Counted from the first letter of the stretch, positions 32,184 through 42,636 are shown. The stretch: 64,000 nt of DNA from a virus (IMGVR_UViG_3300001533_002237:30309-94308), one strand, 5' to 3'. The notes: generated by a model not told the origin, from the letters alone. Numbers and translations are program-made.

Positions 32184-32445
32184 AAATAAAATTTAAATAA
32201 AATTATTTTTTTATTGATTATCAGTTACTTGTGTTTAGTAACATCAGCCCACAATAGAGGAAGTTAGTGGTTTTTAAATGAAAATGCCCAGAATATTTAA
32301 TATTTCTGGATATGATGAAATTCAAGGGGTTATGTTTAATTGAATTTCGTTGTCGATGAATTCCACTTCGACATTTTTTTATTATTTTTGAATTTACATT
32401 CATAATTTCGTTAATATAAATACTAAAGATATCGAAAAGACCAAA

Positions 32446-33198
32446 TTATTCATTATCAGTTTGTTGTAACCAATTTTGTTTTTTCGATATTCGGTTTTCT
32501 ATTTTTTTAGGTTTAAAAATAAATAAATATGAGTCATTTATTCTTTGAAAACCACACCTATTAGCCACATTAAATAATTTATATTCATTTAATTCAACAT
32601 CATTTTTTTCAAGTAATTCATTAAGTGAATAATATTCAAAAGCAGATATATTTATATTGTTTTCATTACTTAAACTATCTTTAATAATAATTCTTTTATG
32701 ATTGAGATAAAAATCGGCATCAATTGAATTGTCTTGAAAAGGTTTAACTAACATAATTATAGCAACATCTTTAGCATAAAAATTTCTGTACATCATTTCA
32801 ATAAATTCTTCAGTAATTCCTTGTTTACGATAGTCTTTATTTAAAATTAAAGTATGAATTAAAACAATTTTATTATATTTATTTATATTAATTTCATTCT
32901 TTTTAATTATATTAATTAATTCATGATAAGTATCTTCAAATGCATGGTCTTTAATTAATAAATTAAAATCTACAGCAAATTTTTCACCCAATCCAATATT
33001 CCAAATAGAAAAACCATATTCACCAACTGGACGAGGAGGTTTACGTTTATTTAATCTAACTTCTGAAATTGTTCCATCATATTCTGTAATAAAATTTTCA
33101 TTCACATTAATTAAATCAAAATTTCTATGATAATTTTGTGTCTTAAATGTTATATTACTTAATAAATTCCAATTATTTTTATTCATAATTAAGTGCAA
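32446..33198 (-). CDS. Hypothetical protein, GNAT-like
   Basis: LILNKDYRKQGI resembles the acetyl-CoA-binding motif A. Confidence 0.45.
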   Translation of the reverse strand: MHLIMNKNNWNLLSNITFKTQNYHRNFDLINVNENFITEYDGTISEVRLNKRKPPRPVGEYGFSIWNIGLGEKFAVDFNLLIKDHAFEDTYHELINIIKKNEININKYNKIVLIHTLILNKDYRKQGITEEFIEMMYRNFYAKDVAIIMLVKPFQDNSIDADFYLNHKRIIIKDSLSNENNINISAFEYYSLNELLEKNDVELNEYKLFNVANRCGFQRINDSYLFIFKPKKIENRISKKQNWLQQTDNE

Positions 33199-33229
33199 AT
33201 ATATGTAAAAGTAAATTAAGTTCCAAGAA

Positions 33230-33664
33230 TTATAACAATTCTTCAGATTTACCCATTTTTGTTAGTAAAATAGTAAAATATTCTTTTATTTCATTAGCAT
33301 GTAAATATTCCTTTGGCTCGAAGTTCTGGTTAATCCAATTTGTCCAGTATAGTTGAACACCAAATCTATCCATATCATTAATAAAATCATCAATTGTTTC
33401 GGGTATTGACATCATATATTTTATGCTGTCTTCGGGTTTATTTTTTTTTATAGTATAATATGTTGGATAGAATTCCAGTGTATATTCGTCATTAGTAAAC
33501 CTATACCAATTAATCATATCTTTTCCTCGCCAATCTTCAAAAAGTGTTTCAGTAGATTGCTCGTTAAATACTGGATATAACATGTCTATTTTGAAAGGAG
33601 TAGCGAGAAACTCCTTGAACTTCTCGCTATCCATAGTTCTGTTAAATGGAATAACTTTTATCAT
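33230..33664 (-). CDS. Hypothetical protein
   Basis: 144 aa; ATGA overlap with the upstream gene. Confidence 0.55.
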   Translation of the reverse strand: MIKVIPFNRTMDSEKFKEFLATPFKIDMLYPVFNEQSTETLFEDWRGKDMINWYRFTNDEYTLEFYPTYYTIKKNKPEDSIKYMMSIPETIDDFINDMDRFGVQLYWTNWINQNFEPKEYLHANEIKEYFTILLTKMGKSEELL

Positions 33665-34557
33665 CTTTTTTCTACTAAATTTAATTTCCCAGATGCCAAA
33701 ACTTTTACTTTATTATCTGGTTGTATTTTAAATAAAAGTGTTGCATAATTTTCTATATCAAAACATTTTTTCACTTTATCACGTTCACCTTGAAAAACAA
33801 CACAAGTATCTGCCTTAGATTCATCTTTTGCTTGATGATAAGTATTAATATCAATCATTATTTTATTATCAATTTCATTAATTTCTAAGTTCATACTAAA
33901 ATCATTATTCTTTTTATCTTCGGGTTCAAAACGAGTTGCTGTATAAGTTTTATCTCCATTTGGAACAAATATTACAACAGCATTATAGTTATAATCTAAA
34001 TTTTCGACAATCCCGTTCTTATGACCGTCACAACAAGTATAGCTTTTAGTTTCTTGAGAATATGTATGGATTTTATCAGGTTTACGATAAGTATTTGTTA
34101 TAACCATAACAACACATCCACTCTCAAGAACTTTAACCATTCCACTACCTAAACCCCTTTTTTTGATTTTACTCTCACTACGCCCATAAGATTTATGTGT
34201 TCCATAATCAATATGTGGTTCGCTATCTTCATAATCAATTTGAACGACATTTGATGCTTTAACCCAATTATCTACACCATCAAAACGATATAATATTAAA
34301 TTACGAGTAAGTCGTGGGTCAGTAGTATATTCTCTACCACGTTTCCAATCTTCTTCATCGGCATCATATGCAAGCAAATATTTTTTATTGTTGGTTACAA
34401 AGTTGTAATAAAAGTTAGACACACCATTAATACCCCCATTGCGTATAATTTCTTGACGCTCAGAAATTACAACACTTTCATCATTAAAGTAATCTGCTTG
34501 TCCGAAAACTGTTGTACTAAACAACACTAGTATTAATATTCCAAATAATTTTTTCAT
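33661..34557 (-). CDS. Secreted hypothetical protein
   Basis: Signal peptide MKKLFGILILVLFSTTVFG-Q. Confidence 0.6.
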   Translation of the reverse strand: MKKLFGILILVLFSTTVFGQADYFNDESVVISERQEIIRNGGINGVSNFYYNFVTNNKKYLLAYDADEEDWKRGREYTTDPRLTRNLILYRFDGVDNWVKASNVVQIDYEDSEPHIDYGTHKSYGRSESKIKKRGLGSGMVKVLESGCVVMVITNTYRKPDKIHTYSQETKSYTCCDGHKNGIVENLDYNYNAVVIFVPNGDKTYTATRFEPEDKKNNDFSMNLEINEIDNKIMIDINTYHQAKDESKADTCVVFQGERDKVKKCFDIENYATLLFKIQPDNKVKVLASGKLNLVEKR

Positions 34558-34582
34558 GATATAATTTATTAGTTTAATAATT

Positions 34583-34610
34583 ATACGAAAAATTAATTTA
34601 ATTGTTACAA
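34583..34610 (-). promoter_or_regulatory. ECF-type promoter TTGTAAC-N16-CGTAT
   Basis: Exact motif and spacing, upstream of the start at 34557. Confidence 0.75.
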
Positions 34611-34616
34611 TTAATA

Positions 34617-34832
34617 TTACATTAATTTAAATTCACCAACAACTAAAACCATTATATTTTCAGGGAATTTTTTATTTTTCCATTCGTTCTTCATGATACT
34701 ATCAATTGCAGCATCAGTAAGTAATTCACCAACATTCATCCATGTTCTATCATTTACTTCGAAAAGAATTTTATCGGTATCGCTATCAATAAATTTAACT
34801 GTTAATCTAGGTGATTGTTTTGTATATCTCAT
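34617..34832 (-). CDS. Hypothetical protein
   Basis: 71 aa. Confidence 0.5.
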   Translation of the reverse strand: MRYTKQSPRLTVKFIDSDTDKILFEVNDRTWMNVGELLTDAAIDSIMKNEWKNKKFPENIMVLVVGEFKLM

Positions 34833-35113
34833 TATTCTTCAAATTGTTCGTTATAATATTTATCGCTTTCATTTTCTTTTGGAATATTTATTCCACCCGA
34901 ATTTAAACTACTAATAAGTTTAAATACATCAAATAATAGCATTTTTATTATCCAATAAATAGTTACCCATTGGAAATATCCAATTCTACCAAATTTATCA
35001 ATTAAAACTGTGTTCCATATTACTGTAATAAACAATGCTACAATAATTGCTTCAAATAAGTAATAAACCATTACTGGAAAAACAAATGCTATACTTTTTA
35101 ATTTTTCTATCAT
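34832..35113 (-). CDS. Small membrane protein
   Basis: Likelier ATG at 35113; hydrophobic helices. Confidence 0.5.
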   Translation of the reverse strand: MIEKLKSIAFVFPVMVYYLFEAIIVALFITVIWNTVLIDKFGRIGYFQWVTIYWIIKMLLFDVFKLISSLNSGGINIPKENESDKYYNEQFEE

Positions 35114-35120
35114 ATTATTT

Positions 35121-35639
35121 TTATTTAGTGTCAATTTTTAATCCCATTTCCTTCATTTTTAATAATGCTTCTGCATTACCCATAGCATCGTCAACAGGGT
35201 TGTGGGTGTGCTTGGTTACCCATAATTTTTTTCACCTCGCCCATGTATCCATTTTCATTCCACAATATAAATCACCAATACGTCTGGATGACCATCCAAA
35301 TGGATTTTTACCAGTAAATCTCAGGAAGTAATAATTAATCCAACTCGCATCATAACCATTATTATCTGAAATTAAAATTGGTCTACCTTTAGAATGTTCT
35401 TTCAACCAAAGGGCAAACCTTATCATAACTTCCATTGGAGGGTTAAAATTTTCATGTTCTTCTCTACTAAATCCACTTACGGCAAGTGCTTTTTCATCAT
35501 AAAATTCAGATATTGGTCGGGTTTTACCATAAAAAGTAGTATCGAGTTCTGGTGTGAGTTTAACCACACCAAAACAAACCATACTATTATGACCTAACAA
35601 ACCACCATCTGATTCTACATCTACTACAAATAAACTCAT
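35121..35639 (-). pseudogene. DEDDh 3'-5' exonuclease interrupted by an in-frame TGA (35234-35232)
   Basis: VVDVESDG and SDNNGYD precede the TGA; the ExoIII motif HTHNPVDDA follows in the same frame to TAA 35121. Confidence 0.75.
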
Positions 35640-35881
35640 ACTTTTAATGCTAATTGTTGTAAATTTGCTTTGAATGTTTTTCTAAAAAACAACCATAAAA
35701 ACAACTCATAAAATGTATGCATTATTGCGAATGCATAATGAGCAATAATTATAAGAGTTGCAATAATAATTCCGAAAGTAAGTTTACTTATCCAGTTATT
35801 AAATTTAGTAAACATATTACCAATCCTTTTCCAATGTATTAATTCTTTTTTTCAAAGAATTATTAATAACGTTGTTTTCAT
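35636..35881 (-). pseudogene. Small membrane protein with in-frame TGA at codon 10
   Basis: MKTTLLIIL*KKELIHWKRIG...; ends in an ATGA overlap with the next gene. Confidence 0.55.
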
Positions 35882-35885
35882 AAAA

Positions 35886-36506
35886 TTATAATTTAAATGG
35901 TAATTCTTTAATTAATGAATCGGGAATCATTGCATAATCAGAAGGTCTAACATAAAAAACATTAATTCTTTTTATATTAGGAAGACTAAAATTAGTTATC
36001 CATTTATTAGAATTTCTATCATATGATAATGTTTTTTTTGCATAAAATGTTTTATTTTCTGAATTACTTGGTACGATATAAATATTATTCCAATACTTAT
36101 ATTTTAATTTATCTTTTTTTGTGTCATAATAAACAAACTTCCATTTTGATTTAGTTTTATCAATATTATAAAATAAAAATGATGTTTTTATTTTATCGGT
36201 GATTGTGTCTTCAGTAGTAACGTAATAATCACCGATATTTGAACTACTATTTAATACTATCGGAACACCTACACTATCTAAGACTAATGAATCATTTACG
36301 TAAAAAAGACTTATTGGTTTTAACTTATTTGTTGTTACTTTAGTATCTAAATCATTACGAGTAATGTAATTAATTGTAAGAGTAGCTACAAGTGCTACAG
36401 ACCCACCAATTAATAGAACCAAATACCTGTTTCCCCAAAATTTATTTTTGTAAAAACATAATGCAATGAATGATACAACTAATATTGACAATATAAATAT
36501 ATACAT
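35886..36506 (-). CDS. Membrane-anchored hypothetical protein
   Basis: Two N-terminal TM helices. Confidence 0.55.
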   Translation of the reverse strand: MYIFILSILVVSFIALCFYKNKFWGNRYLVLLIGGSVALVATLTINYITRNDLDTKVTTNKLKPISLFYVNDSLVLDSVGVPIVLNSSSNIGDYYVTTEDTITDKIKTSFLFYNIDKTKSKWKFVYYDTKKDKLKYKYWNNIYIVPSNSENKTFYAKKTLSYDRNSNKWITNFSLPNIKRINVFYVRPSDYAMIPDSLIKELPFKL

Positions 36507-36533
36507 AATTTTTTATTTTAAAAGTTAAACAAT

Positions 36534-37940
36534 CTATTTTTCATCAAAATCAGTCCATTCAATACCTGGGCAGTAATCACTATAACTAGCACCAAAATAT
36601 TCACCAAAAATACCTGAACTACTTACAATACTTTTTACAAAATTAACAACAATCTTTGCAATGAAAAGACCTATAGGTTTAAGAAACCAGTTAAATAATA
36701 ATGTATAAAATATAAATTTAATTGGAATCAAGATAATATAAACAACACCATATGCAATACTCATGGCAAGATATTTAATTGGATACCAAACAAGATAAAT
36801 GAATGGTTCAATATACCATATTTTTTTACCTTTTTTATATTTATTAACAACATTTTGTCCCCAACTTGTAATCAATACATAAAGTACATAAAGTAAATAA
36901 TAAATAGCAAGAAAAAATCCAATAAGTAATATAGTTGCAAATACATACCAATTACTAATACACCAATCAGCAGCAACCATAAGTGCCAATGACATATAAT
37001 TTACAGCAATAAATGTTAGGAATAGTGTTACGAGTGTAATTATTAAACCAACAAATTGTTTAGTTCTTTTTACAATAATATTAACTCTACCTCTTTCAAC
37101 AGTAAATGTTTTAGTAAACCAAATTCCAATATTATTAAAACTATCTTTAATTGGTTTCATTCTAGCTTCCCATTTTGCTTCAGCTTCTCTACGTTTTCTT
37201 AAGTATTCATCTCTTTTTTTACGAATTTTATCTTCTTCTTCAATTTTAAGTTGACGTTCAAATTTTTCTTTTTCATATTGTGCTTCATTCCAAATATCCC
37301 ATTTATTTTTTATTTCTTCAAGTTTTTGTTTATAATTAGGGTCATCTTTACTAATACTACTATATTTTCGTTCTAAAAACAAATTAAAGAAATTTTTATT
37401 ACTATAATCTAAAAACATTTTTGTTGTTATAGGCATTTTTGTTTTACTATAATAATTATATTCAATATCATAAGCAGTTTCATCATCGAGTTCAGCAATC
37501 CATGTATTTACTAATTGCTCTAAAGCAAAGAAAATTAATCTTGGTATAAGTAAAATAACCCACTTAATTGTTTTAAATAATAAAACAAATGGCAATACAA
37601 TTACCGAGAAAATCAATAACCAAAAATACGGACATCCATTCTGCATATCTTTTGGTGTTGGAGCATTATCTTTTAAAACATATTTTAATAATTTATAATG
37701 CCAAGAGTTTTTACTTACAACCATTAATTTTGGTTTTTGAGCAATGGTAATAAATTTTTCATCACTTTTCTTTACTGAAACTATTTCATTAAAAGAGAAA
37801 TTACCAGATATTATTTCAATAATTTTAAAATAATATCCATTAGAGTCACCATAAAGGAATGCTTTAAAATGTGTTCCTTTTTTTACGTTGTTGTATTCAA
37901 CAACTTTGTTTAACATTAAGTTTAATTTTTCGTTTTTCAT
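36534..37940 (-). CDS. Multi-pass membrane protein
   Basis: Several hydrophobic segments; central charged coiled coil. Confidence 0.6.
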   Translation of the reverse strand: MKNEKLNLMLNKVVEYNNVKKGTHFKAFLYGDSNGYYFKIIEIISGNFSFNEIVSVKKSDEKFITIAQKPKLMVVSKNSWHYKLLKYVLKDNAPTPKDMQNGCPYFWLLIFSVIVLPFVLLFKTIKWVILLIPRLIFFALEQLVNTWIAELDDETAYDIEYNYYSKTKMPITTKMFLDYSNKNFFNLFLERKYSSISKDDPNYKQKLEEIKNKWDIWNEAQYEKEKFERQLKIEEEDKIRKKRDEYLRKRREAEAKWEARMKPIKDSFNNIGIWFTKTFTVERGRVNIIVKRTKQFVGLIITLVTLFLTFIAVNYMSLALMVAADWCISNWYVFATILLIGFFLAIYYLLYVLYVLITSWGQNVVNKYKKGKKIWYIEPFIYLVWYPIKYLAMSIAYGVVYIILIPIKFIFYTLLFNWFLKPIGLFIAKIVVNFVKSIVSSSGIFGEYFGASYSDYCPGIEWTDFDEK

Positions 37941-37946
37941 TATTTA

Positions 37947-38438
37947 TTAATTTAATAGATTATTTAATATTTTTTCTTTTATTCCACTTTGTTTAATACC
38001 TTCATTAGCACGTGGTGTATGAACAAAATAATCACCCAACCAACGACTAAGATTAAGGTCATCAATAGCAAGATATTTTTTTATTCCGTGCTTTTTTGCA
38101 TATTGTATAATATCATATGCACGACATTCTTCGAGTTCAGATAATTTTGTAAATTTATCACCCCATGCAGTACCAGTAACATCACTGATTTTACAATTAA
38201 CTTCATTCCATTCGAATATTTCATTTAATTGTTCAATAGTATAATGATTTTGCCAATCGCTTGACAATATAATAATTGGATTAATTTTTTTTATTATTTC
38301 ATTAAATACATCAACGCATTTTTTATCAAAACGATAACATGCGTATTCTTCATGCCATTTTTTTGGGTTGCTATAATATTGGTTGGTAGTGGCGAGTACT
38401 CCATCTATATCTAAAAAAATATAATGTTTAGATTTCAT
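37947..38438 (-). CDS. HAD-family phosphatase (RNA-repair HAD-like)
   Basis: FLDIDGVL, ILSSDW, AIDD. Confidence 0.8.
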   Translation of the reverse strand: MKSKHYIFLDIDGVLATTNQYYSNPKKWHEEYACYRFDKKCVDVFNEIIKKINPIIILSSDWQNHYTIEQLNEIFEWNEVNCKISDVTGTAWGDKFTKLSELEECRAYDIIQYAKKHGIKKYLAIDDLNLSRWLGDYFVHTPRANEGIKQSGIKEKILNNLLN

Positions 38439-39225
38439 CTAATAATTTTTTTACTCTATCAATATGTTTTTTTGCCATTGGCTTACCACATGTATTTAAT
38501 TTAATAAACGCTTCAAATATAGTCTTTTTATTTGGATTAATCAAATATCCATAAAAAATTGAATAATTTTCAAATTTATTTTTATCCATTCCAGATAACT
38601 CAGAATAATAAAAACCATTATATTTAAAACGGTCTTCATAGAATTCAGCAATTGTTCTAAGTCTTTGTTTACCATCAAGAATTTTATAAAGTTTACCTTT
38701 AAAACTAAAAAGTCGTTGAATAAAAACAAATTTACCAATATCAATATTATCAAAAATACTAGCAATTAAATCATGTTTATCATCTAAACTCCAAACATGT
38801 TCACGTTGATATTCAACATCAAAATCAACACCACTATGATATACCATATTTAATAATGATGAAATAGATGAATTCAATTGAGTAATTCTATATGTTTCTT
38901 CTTTACAAAAAGATGTGTTTTTTCTAGTATCAATATATGGTAATAAATCATGCCATTCAATTATTTGTTGTTCATTTGCAGGTGGTTTATCTCTTTCCCT
39001 TTGAACATTAATATTTTCAATCCTATAATAAAGTCCATCTCTAAATATTTCACGAATATAAGTTTCTTTATGTGCACCATAACAAACTCGTTCACCAACA
39101 CTAAATTTTCTTGTTGGATTTAATGGTAATATACCATAATCAATATTTAATTCAATATCTCTAATTGAAGATTGAAGTAATGATTCTTGATGTGCAATAG
39201 AGTCAATTTTTTTTCGTTTTTTCAT
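38428..39225 (-). CDS. DUF262 (ParB-like) domain protein
   Basis: YQREHVW, ILDGKQRL, FIKLNT.G. Confidence 0.8.
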   Translation of the reverse strand: MKKRKKIDSIAHQESLLQSSIRDIELNIDYGILPLNPTRKFSVGERVCYGAHKETYIREIFRDGLYYRIENINVQRERDKPPANEQQIIEWHDLLPYIDTRKNTSFCKEETYRITQLNSSISSLLNMVYHSGVDFDVEYQREHVWSLDDKHDLIASIFDNIDIGKFVFIQRLFSFKGKLYKILDGKQRLRTIAEFYEDRFKYNGFYYSELSGMDKNKFENYSIFYGYLINPNKKTIFEAFIKLNTCGKPMAKKHIDRVKKLLDEI

Positions 39226-39240
39226 AAATTTTTATTTATT

Positions 39241-39268
39241 ATACGAAAACAAATTTAATTTGTTACAA
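39241..39268 (-). promoter_or_regulatory. ECF-type promoter TTGTAAC-N16-CGTAT
   Basis: Exact motif upstream of the start at 39225. Confidence 0.75.
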
Positions 39269-39299
39269 AAAAAGGATAAGAAATTAATCATATCCTTTT
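39267..39299 (-). terminator. Intrinsic terminator
   Basis: AAAAGGATA...TATCCTTTT after the thioredoxin gene. Confidence 0.6.
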
Positions 39300-39320
39300 A
39301 TACAATGAATATATTAAATA

Positions 39321-39719
39321 TTATTCTTCAGTTTCATCATCAATAACTTCAGCATCTTGAATATTAGTTTTACCTAATATTACTTCAGAAATTGCTTTTT
39401 CAAAAGTTTCTTTAGGTAAAGCACCCATTATCATTTGTGGTTGAGCATTTAATGGAATTAATAGTATTGAAGGAATACTTTTTATACTGAATGCTGCTGC
39501 GAGTTCTTGTTGTTCTTCAATATTAATTTTGTAAAAATCAATATCTTGATATTCTTTAGATAATTCTTCAAGAATCGGAGCAATTGTTTTACAGGGTTGA
39601 TACCACGAAGCGAAATAATCAATCACTGCGGGTTTTTCCCCTTTAAATTCCCATTCTTCATTCACAGTATAATCAAATACTAATTCTTTAAATTCTTCCG
39701 TTGTTAAATTTTTTACCAT
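39321..39719 (-). CDS. Thioredoxin-like protein with WYQPC in place of WCxxC
   Basis: VIDYFASWYQPCK..AP..EEL, IKSIP, GALPKE. Confidence 0.85.
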   Translation of the reverse strand: MVKNLTTEEFKELVFDYTVNEEWEFKGEKPAVIDYFASWYQPCKTIAPILEELSKEYQDIDFYKINIEEQQELAAAFSIKSIPSILLIPLNAQPQMIMGALPKETFEKAISEVILGKTNIQDAEVIDDETEE

Positions 39720-40455
39720 TTTTTATTTTTTTTATGTTAATAATATAATTATTTGCTTGACCATTAGAAATCAAAAAATCTACATTGATTTTAGTTCCAT
39801 GTATTAGATTTTTATTTTCATTTTTTATAAATTCAGATAATTCTTTTTTTCCGTGAAAAATATGTCTTTTATTATTTGGTGTTATTAATATATATTCTTT
39901 AATACACGAAACACATTTTCTATTTATAATATTTTTTTTTACTCGTTCATCATTTATAGTCAGACCCTTGTTCCAAGGAACATATCTTTTATGAGATTCA
40001 GACATTTTCATTTTTGATTTTTCACTATATTGTTTACCTGTTTGTCCTAATCTTCGTTTTTCTCTTTCAATTTCAGCATTTTCACCGTAAAATTCTTCAT
40101 ATGAAACCCCTTTTCGTTCCAAATTAAATTTATTAATGTCAGGTCTATTTTTATTCCACTTCTTAAATGATTTAGGATTATTTAATTTGTCCCCACCTTT
40201 TCCACCATCAGAAAGATTATAATAATCCTTTGATTTTACAGCATTATGAAATTCAATCCAAAATTTCTCTCTATCATATACTTGGGATTCATCACATTCT
40301 TCGATTATTGTTTTTTTAAAGTGTTCTTTACCATATTTTTTTATACTCTGTTTAATTAAGATACCAGAACCCAAATATTTAGGATTATTATTTTTATCAA
40401 CACCAATATATTTTTTCCCATTAATATTATTAGTAATTAAATAAATTATCGCCAT
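39688..40455 (-). CDS. GIY-YIG (Seg-like) homing endonuclease
   Basis: IIYLITNNINGKKYIG...YLGSG...YNL..GG; NUMOD3-like KMSESHK. Confidence 0.85.
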   Translation of the reverse strand: MAIIYLITNNINGKKYIGVDKNNNPKYLGSGILIKQSIKKYGKEHFKKTIIEECDESQVYDREKFWIEFHNAVKSKDYYNLSDGGKGGDKLNNPKSFKKWNKNRPDINKFNLERKGVSYEEFYGENAEIEREKRRLGQTGKQYSEKSKMKMSESHKRYVPWNKGLTINDERVKKNIINRKCVSCIKEYILITPNNKRHIFHGKKELSEFIKNENKNLIHGTKINVDFLISNGQANNYIINIKKIKNGKKFNNGRI

Positions 40456-40508
40456 TTCTTTTTTTCATAAATACTATGAAAAAAATTTTTATGCGAATTG
40501 GTGTGGAA

Positions 40509-41054
40509 TTACTTTTTATTTAATTTTTTCCAAATTTCAGTACAATATTGTATTTGATACTTACAATCATCAATAGGATTGTGTAGTGTTCCAGTAAAAG
40601 GGAGATTTGCTTTAATTTCAGGTGCAAAAGCAACTAATGTTCTTACATCACGTTCATATCTGAAACTCCAAGGCATATTTTGATAACCACATGCAACATA
40701 TGCATCTTCTAAAATTCCAACATCAAAACGTACACCATTACCCCAAATAGTTATATCTTTAATACAATCATTTAACCAATGAGTAAAATCATTAAGAACA
40801 ATTGGTAAAGTTAATTTTTCTTCAACACAAACAGCATCACGTGCTTGTTGATTTTGTTGTAACCACCAATAAAATGTACTTGCATTAATTTTAAGTCCTA
40901 AATCTAAGCAGGATTGAAGGTCAATTACTTTGTAAAATTGTCTACCAAGTTCACCAGTTTCAAGATTAAATTCTACTGCACCTATTGAAAGAAGTGCCGA
41001 ATTACTTTTATTACCTAATGTTTCAAGGTCAAGCATTACATCTGTATAAATCAT
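40509..41054 (-). CDS. DEDDh 3'-5' exonuclease
   Basis: MLDLETLG, WGNG..FD, RDVRT, HNPIDDC. Confidence 0.85.
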   Translation of the reverse strand: MIYTDVMLDLETLGNKSNSALLSIGAVEFNLETGELGRQFYKVIDLQSCLDLGLKINASTFYWWLQQNQQARDAVCVEEKLTLPIVLNDFTHWLNDCIKDITIWGNGVRFDVGILEDAYVACGYQNMPWSFRYERDVRTLVAFAPEIKANLPFTGTLHNPIDDCKYQIQYCTEIWKKLNKK

Positions 41055-41116
41055 ATTTACTTAATTTAATTATTAATTTTTTGTAAAACAATAATAAATT
41101 ATTTAGAATAACAAAT

Positions 41117-41668
41117 TTATTTATTATAACCATGAATTTCATCAAGACTATCCCAAAGTTTATCTACAATTTCCATATTAAGATAATTTTCATACCATGT
41201 TAATGTCTTTTTAAATATAGGTCTACGATACTGATATTCTTCAACATATTTTTCATACATTGAACTACCATGAGCAAGACTATATGATGCATTTGCATGA
41301 ATATCACATAATTTTAAAATTATTGCACGATAATCTTTAACCGTTTTCCCCATAGTCATTAAATGACGCATTAATCTATTTTCTTCTGGAACATCAGTTA
41401 CTGCTAATACGATTTTAGCAACATCAAGATTTGAAGCATCTTTAATGTTATTAAATGTAAGTTGGGCATCTTCAATTAAATCATGGCAAAATCCTGCATT
41501 ATGAGTCACTTTATAATCCCAATCATCAATAAAAACTTCTTTATATTGGTCAATAACATTCACAACCATTTCTAAATGAATATAATATGATTTTCCATCA
41601 TAACTACAATTAGTATCGTCATGTGCTTTCTTTGCAAATTCACCTGTTGTTATTCTTCTTTTTTTCAT
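41117..41668 (-). CDS. HD-domain hydrolase, RelA/SpoT small alarmone hydrolase-like
   Basis: AH...Y..H...V, CHDLIED, LKLCD...N. Confidence 0.7.
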   Translation of the reverse strand: MKKRRITTGEFAKKAHDDTNCSYDGKSYYIHLEMVVNVIDQYKEVFIDDWDYKVTHNAGFCHDLIEDAQLTFNNIKDASNLDVAKIVLAVTDVPEENRLMRHLMTMGKTVKDYRAIILKLCDIHANASYSLAHGSSMYEKYVEEYQYRRPIFKKTLTWYENYLNMEIVDKLWDSLDEIHGYNK

Positions 41669-42198
41669 ATCATTAATTTTTGATTAAATTTTGTTTTATA
41701 AATTTTGATGTTAGGAAACTTACCATTCCAATTTTTATTATTATTATATAATGACCCATCACCTTTTGTTTGAAGAAAATCAATACTTTTAGTATATCTT
41801 TTATTTTTAGTATCGTGCACAATCCACCAACCATTAATATTTTCATTATTACTTTGAATCCAAACAGTATCTCCATATTGTAGTCTACCTTTATATAAGG
41901 TACTAGTACTATCATTAACTAATTTTTGTCTATACCCACAATCGAGCATTTCTTGACTAATAGCAATCCAACGAAGGTTACTTGCATTTTTTATGTCAAT
42001 ATATGAATCATCACCAGTAATTGTTGGATTATCATCGCATTGTCTGGTTTCTGCATTATATATTGCTCCCCATACATTATCGTAAATAGGTTCAATGTAA
42101 GGTATGTATTCCGTAGAATATGGATTAACAACATATTTTTCAATATATGATGTTGTTAATAATAATATGAATATAATGTATATGTAAAAATTTTTCAT
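41665..42198 (-). CDS. Secreted 3D/double-psi-barrel-like cell-wall protein
   Basis: YNA...QCD..P.IT, WIAISQEM, VHDT.N.R...IDFL; likelier ATG at 42198. Confidence 0.6.
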   Translation of the reverse strand: MKNFYIYIIFILLLTTSYIEKYVVNPYSTEYIPYIEPIYDNVWGAIYNAETRQCDDNPTITGDDSYIDIKNASNLRWIAISQEMLDCGYRQKLVNDSTSTLYKGRLQYGDTVWIQSNNENINGWWIVHDTKNKRYTKSIDFLQTKGDGSLYNNNKNWNGKFPNIKIYKTKFNQKLMI

Positions 42199-42224
42199 TT
42201 TAATTTTATGTTTTATTTGCAATA

Positions 42225-42252
42225 ATACGAATTATTTTTAATTTTGTTACAA
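42225..42252 (-). promoter_or_regulatory. ECF-type promoter (divergent pair, leftward)
   Basis: TTGTAAC-N16-CGTAT on the minus strand. Confidence 0.75.
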
Positions 42253-42317
42253 TTTTAATTTAAAAAAATAAATAGTTATTAATTAATATTGAATATTTTT
42301 TATTATATTTGCATTTA

Positions 42318-42345
42318 TTGTAACAATAATATTCATTCATCGTAT
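42318..42345 (+). promoter_or_regulatory. ECF-type promoter (divergent pair, rightward)
   Basis: TTGTAAC-N16-CGTAT. Confidence 0.75.
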
Positions 42346-42363
42346 AATCAAAAAAATAAAAAT

Positions 42364-42636
42364 ATGGAAGATAAATATAAAAAAATTATGGAAAATATTG
42401 ATGATATGAAAAAAGTTAGTGGTTTTATTGTAACCGCCCCGGGTGATGAATCTGCAGGAATTCTTCCTTCAAAATGGGAAATTGAAGGCGATTTTTATTT
42501 TGATAATCGTGAAGAATTTGATTTGTTTAAAGAACAAATAAAAATATTATTTGAAAACAATTATTGTGGTGAAAGTGTAGATGTTATTAGTTTTGAAGAA
42601 CATCAATTGATGATAGATTTAGAAAATGAATTGTAA
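42364..42636 (+). CDS. Acidic hypothetical protein
   Basis: Likelier ATG at 42364. Confidence 0.55.
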   Translation: MEDKYKKIMENIDDMKKVSGFIVTAPGDESAGILPSKWEIEGDFYFDNREEFDLFKEQIKILFENNYCGESVDVISFEEHQLMIDLENEL

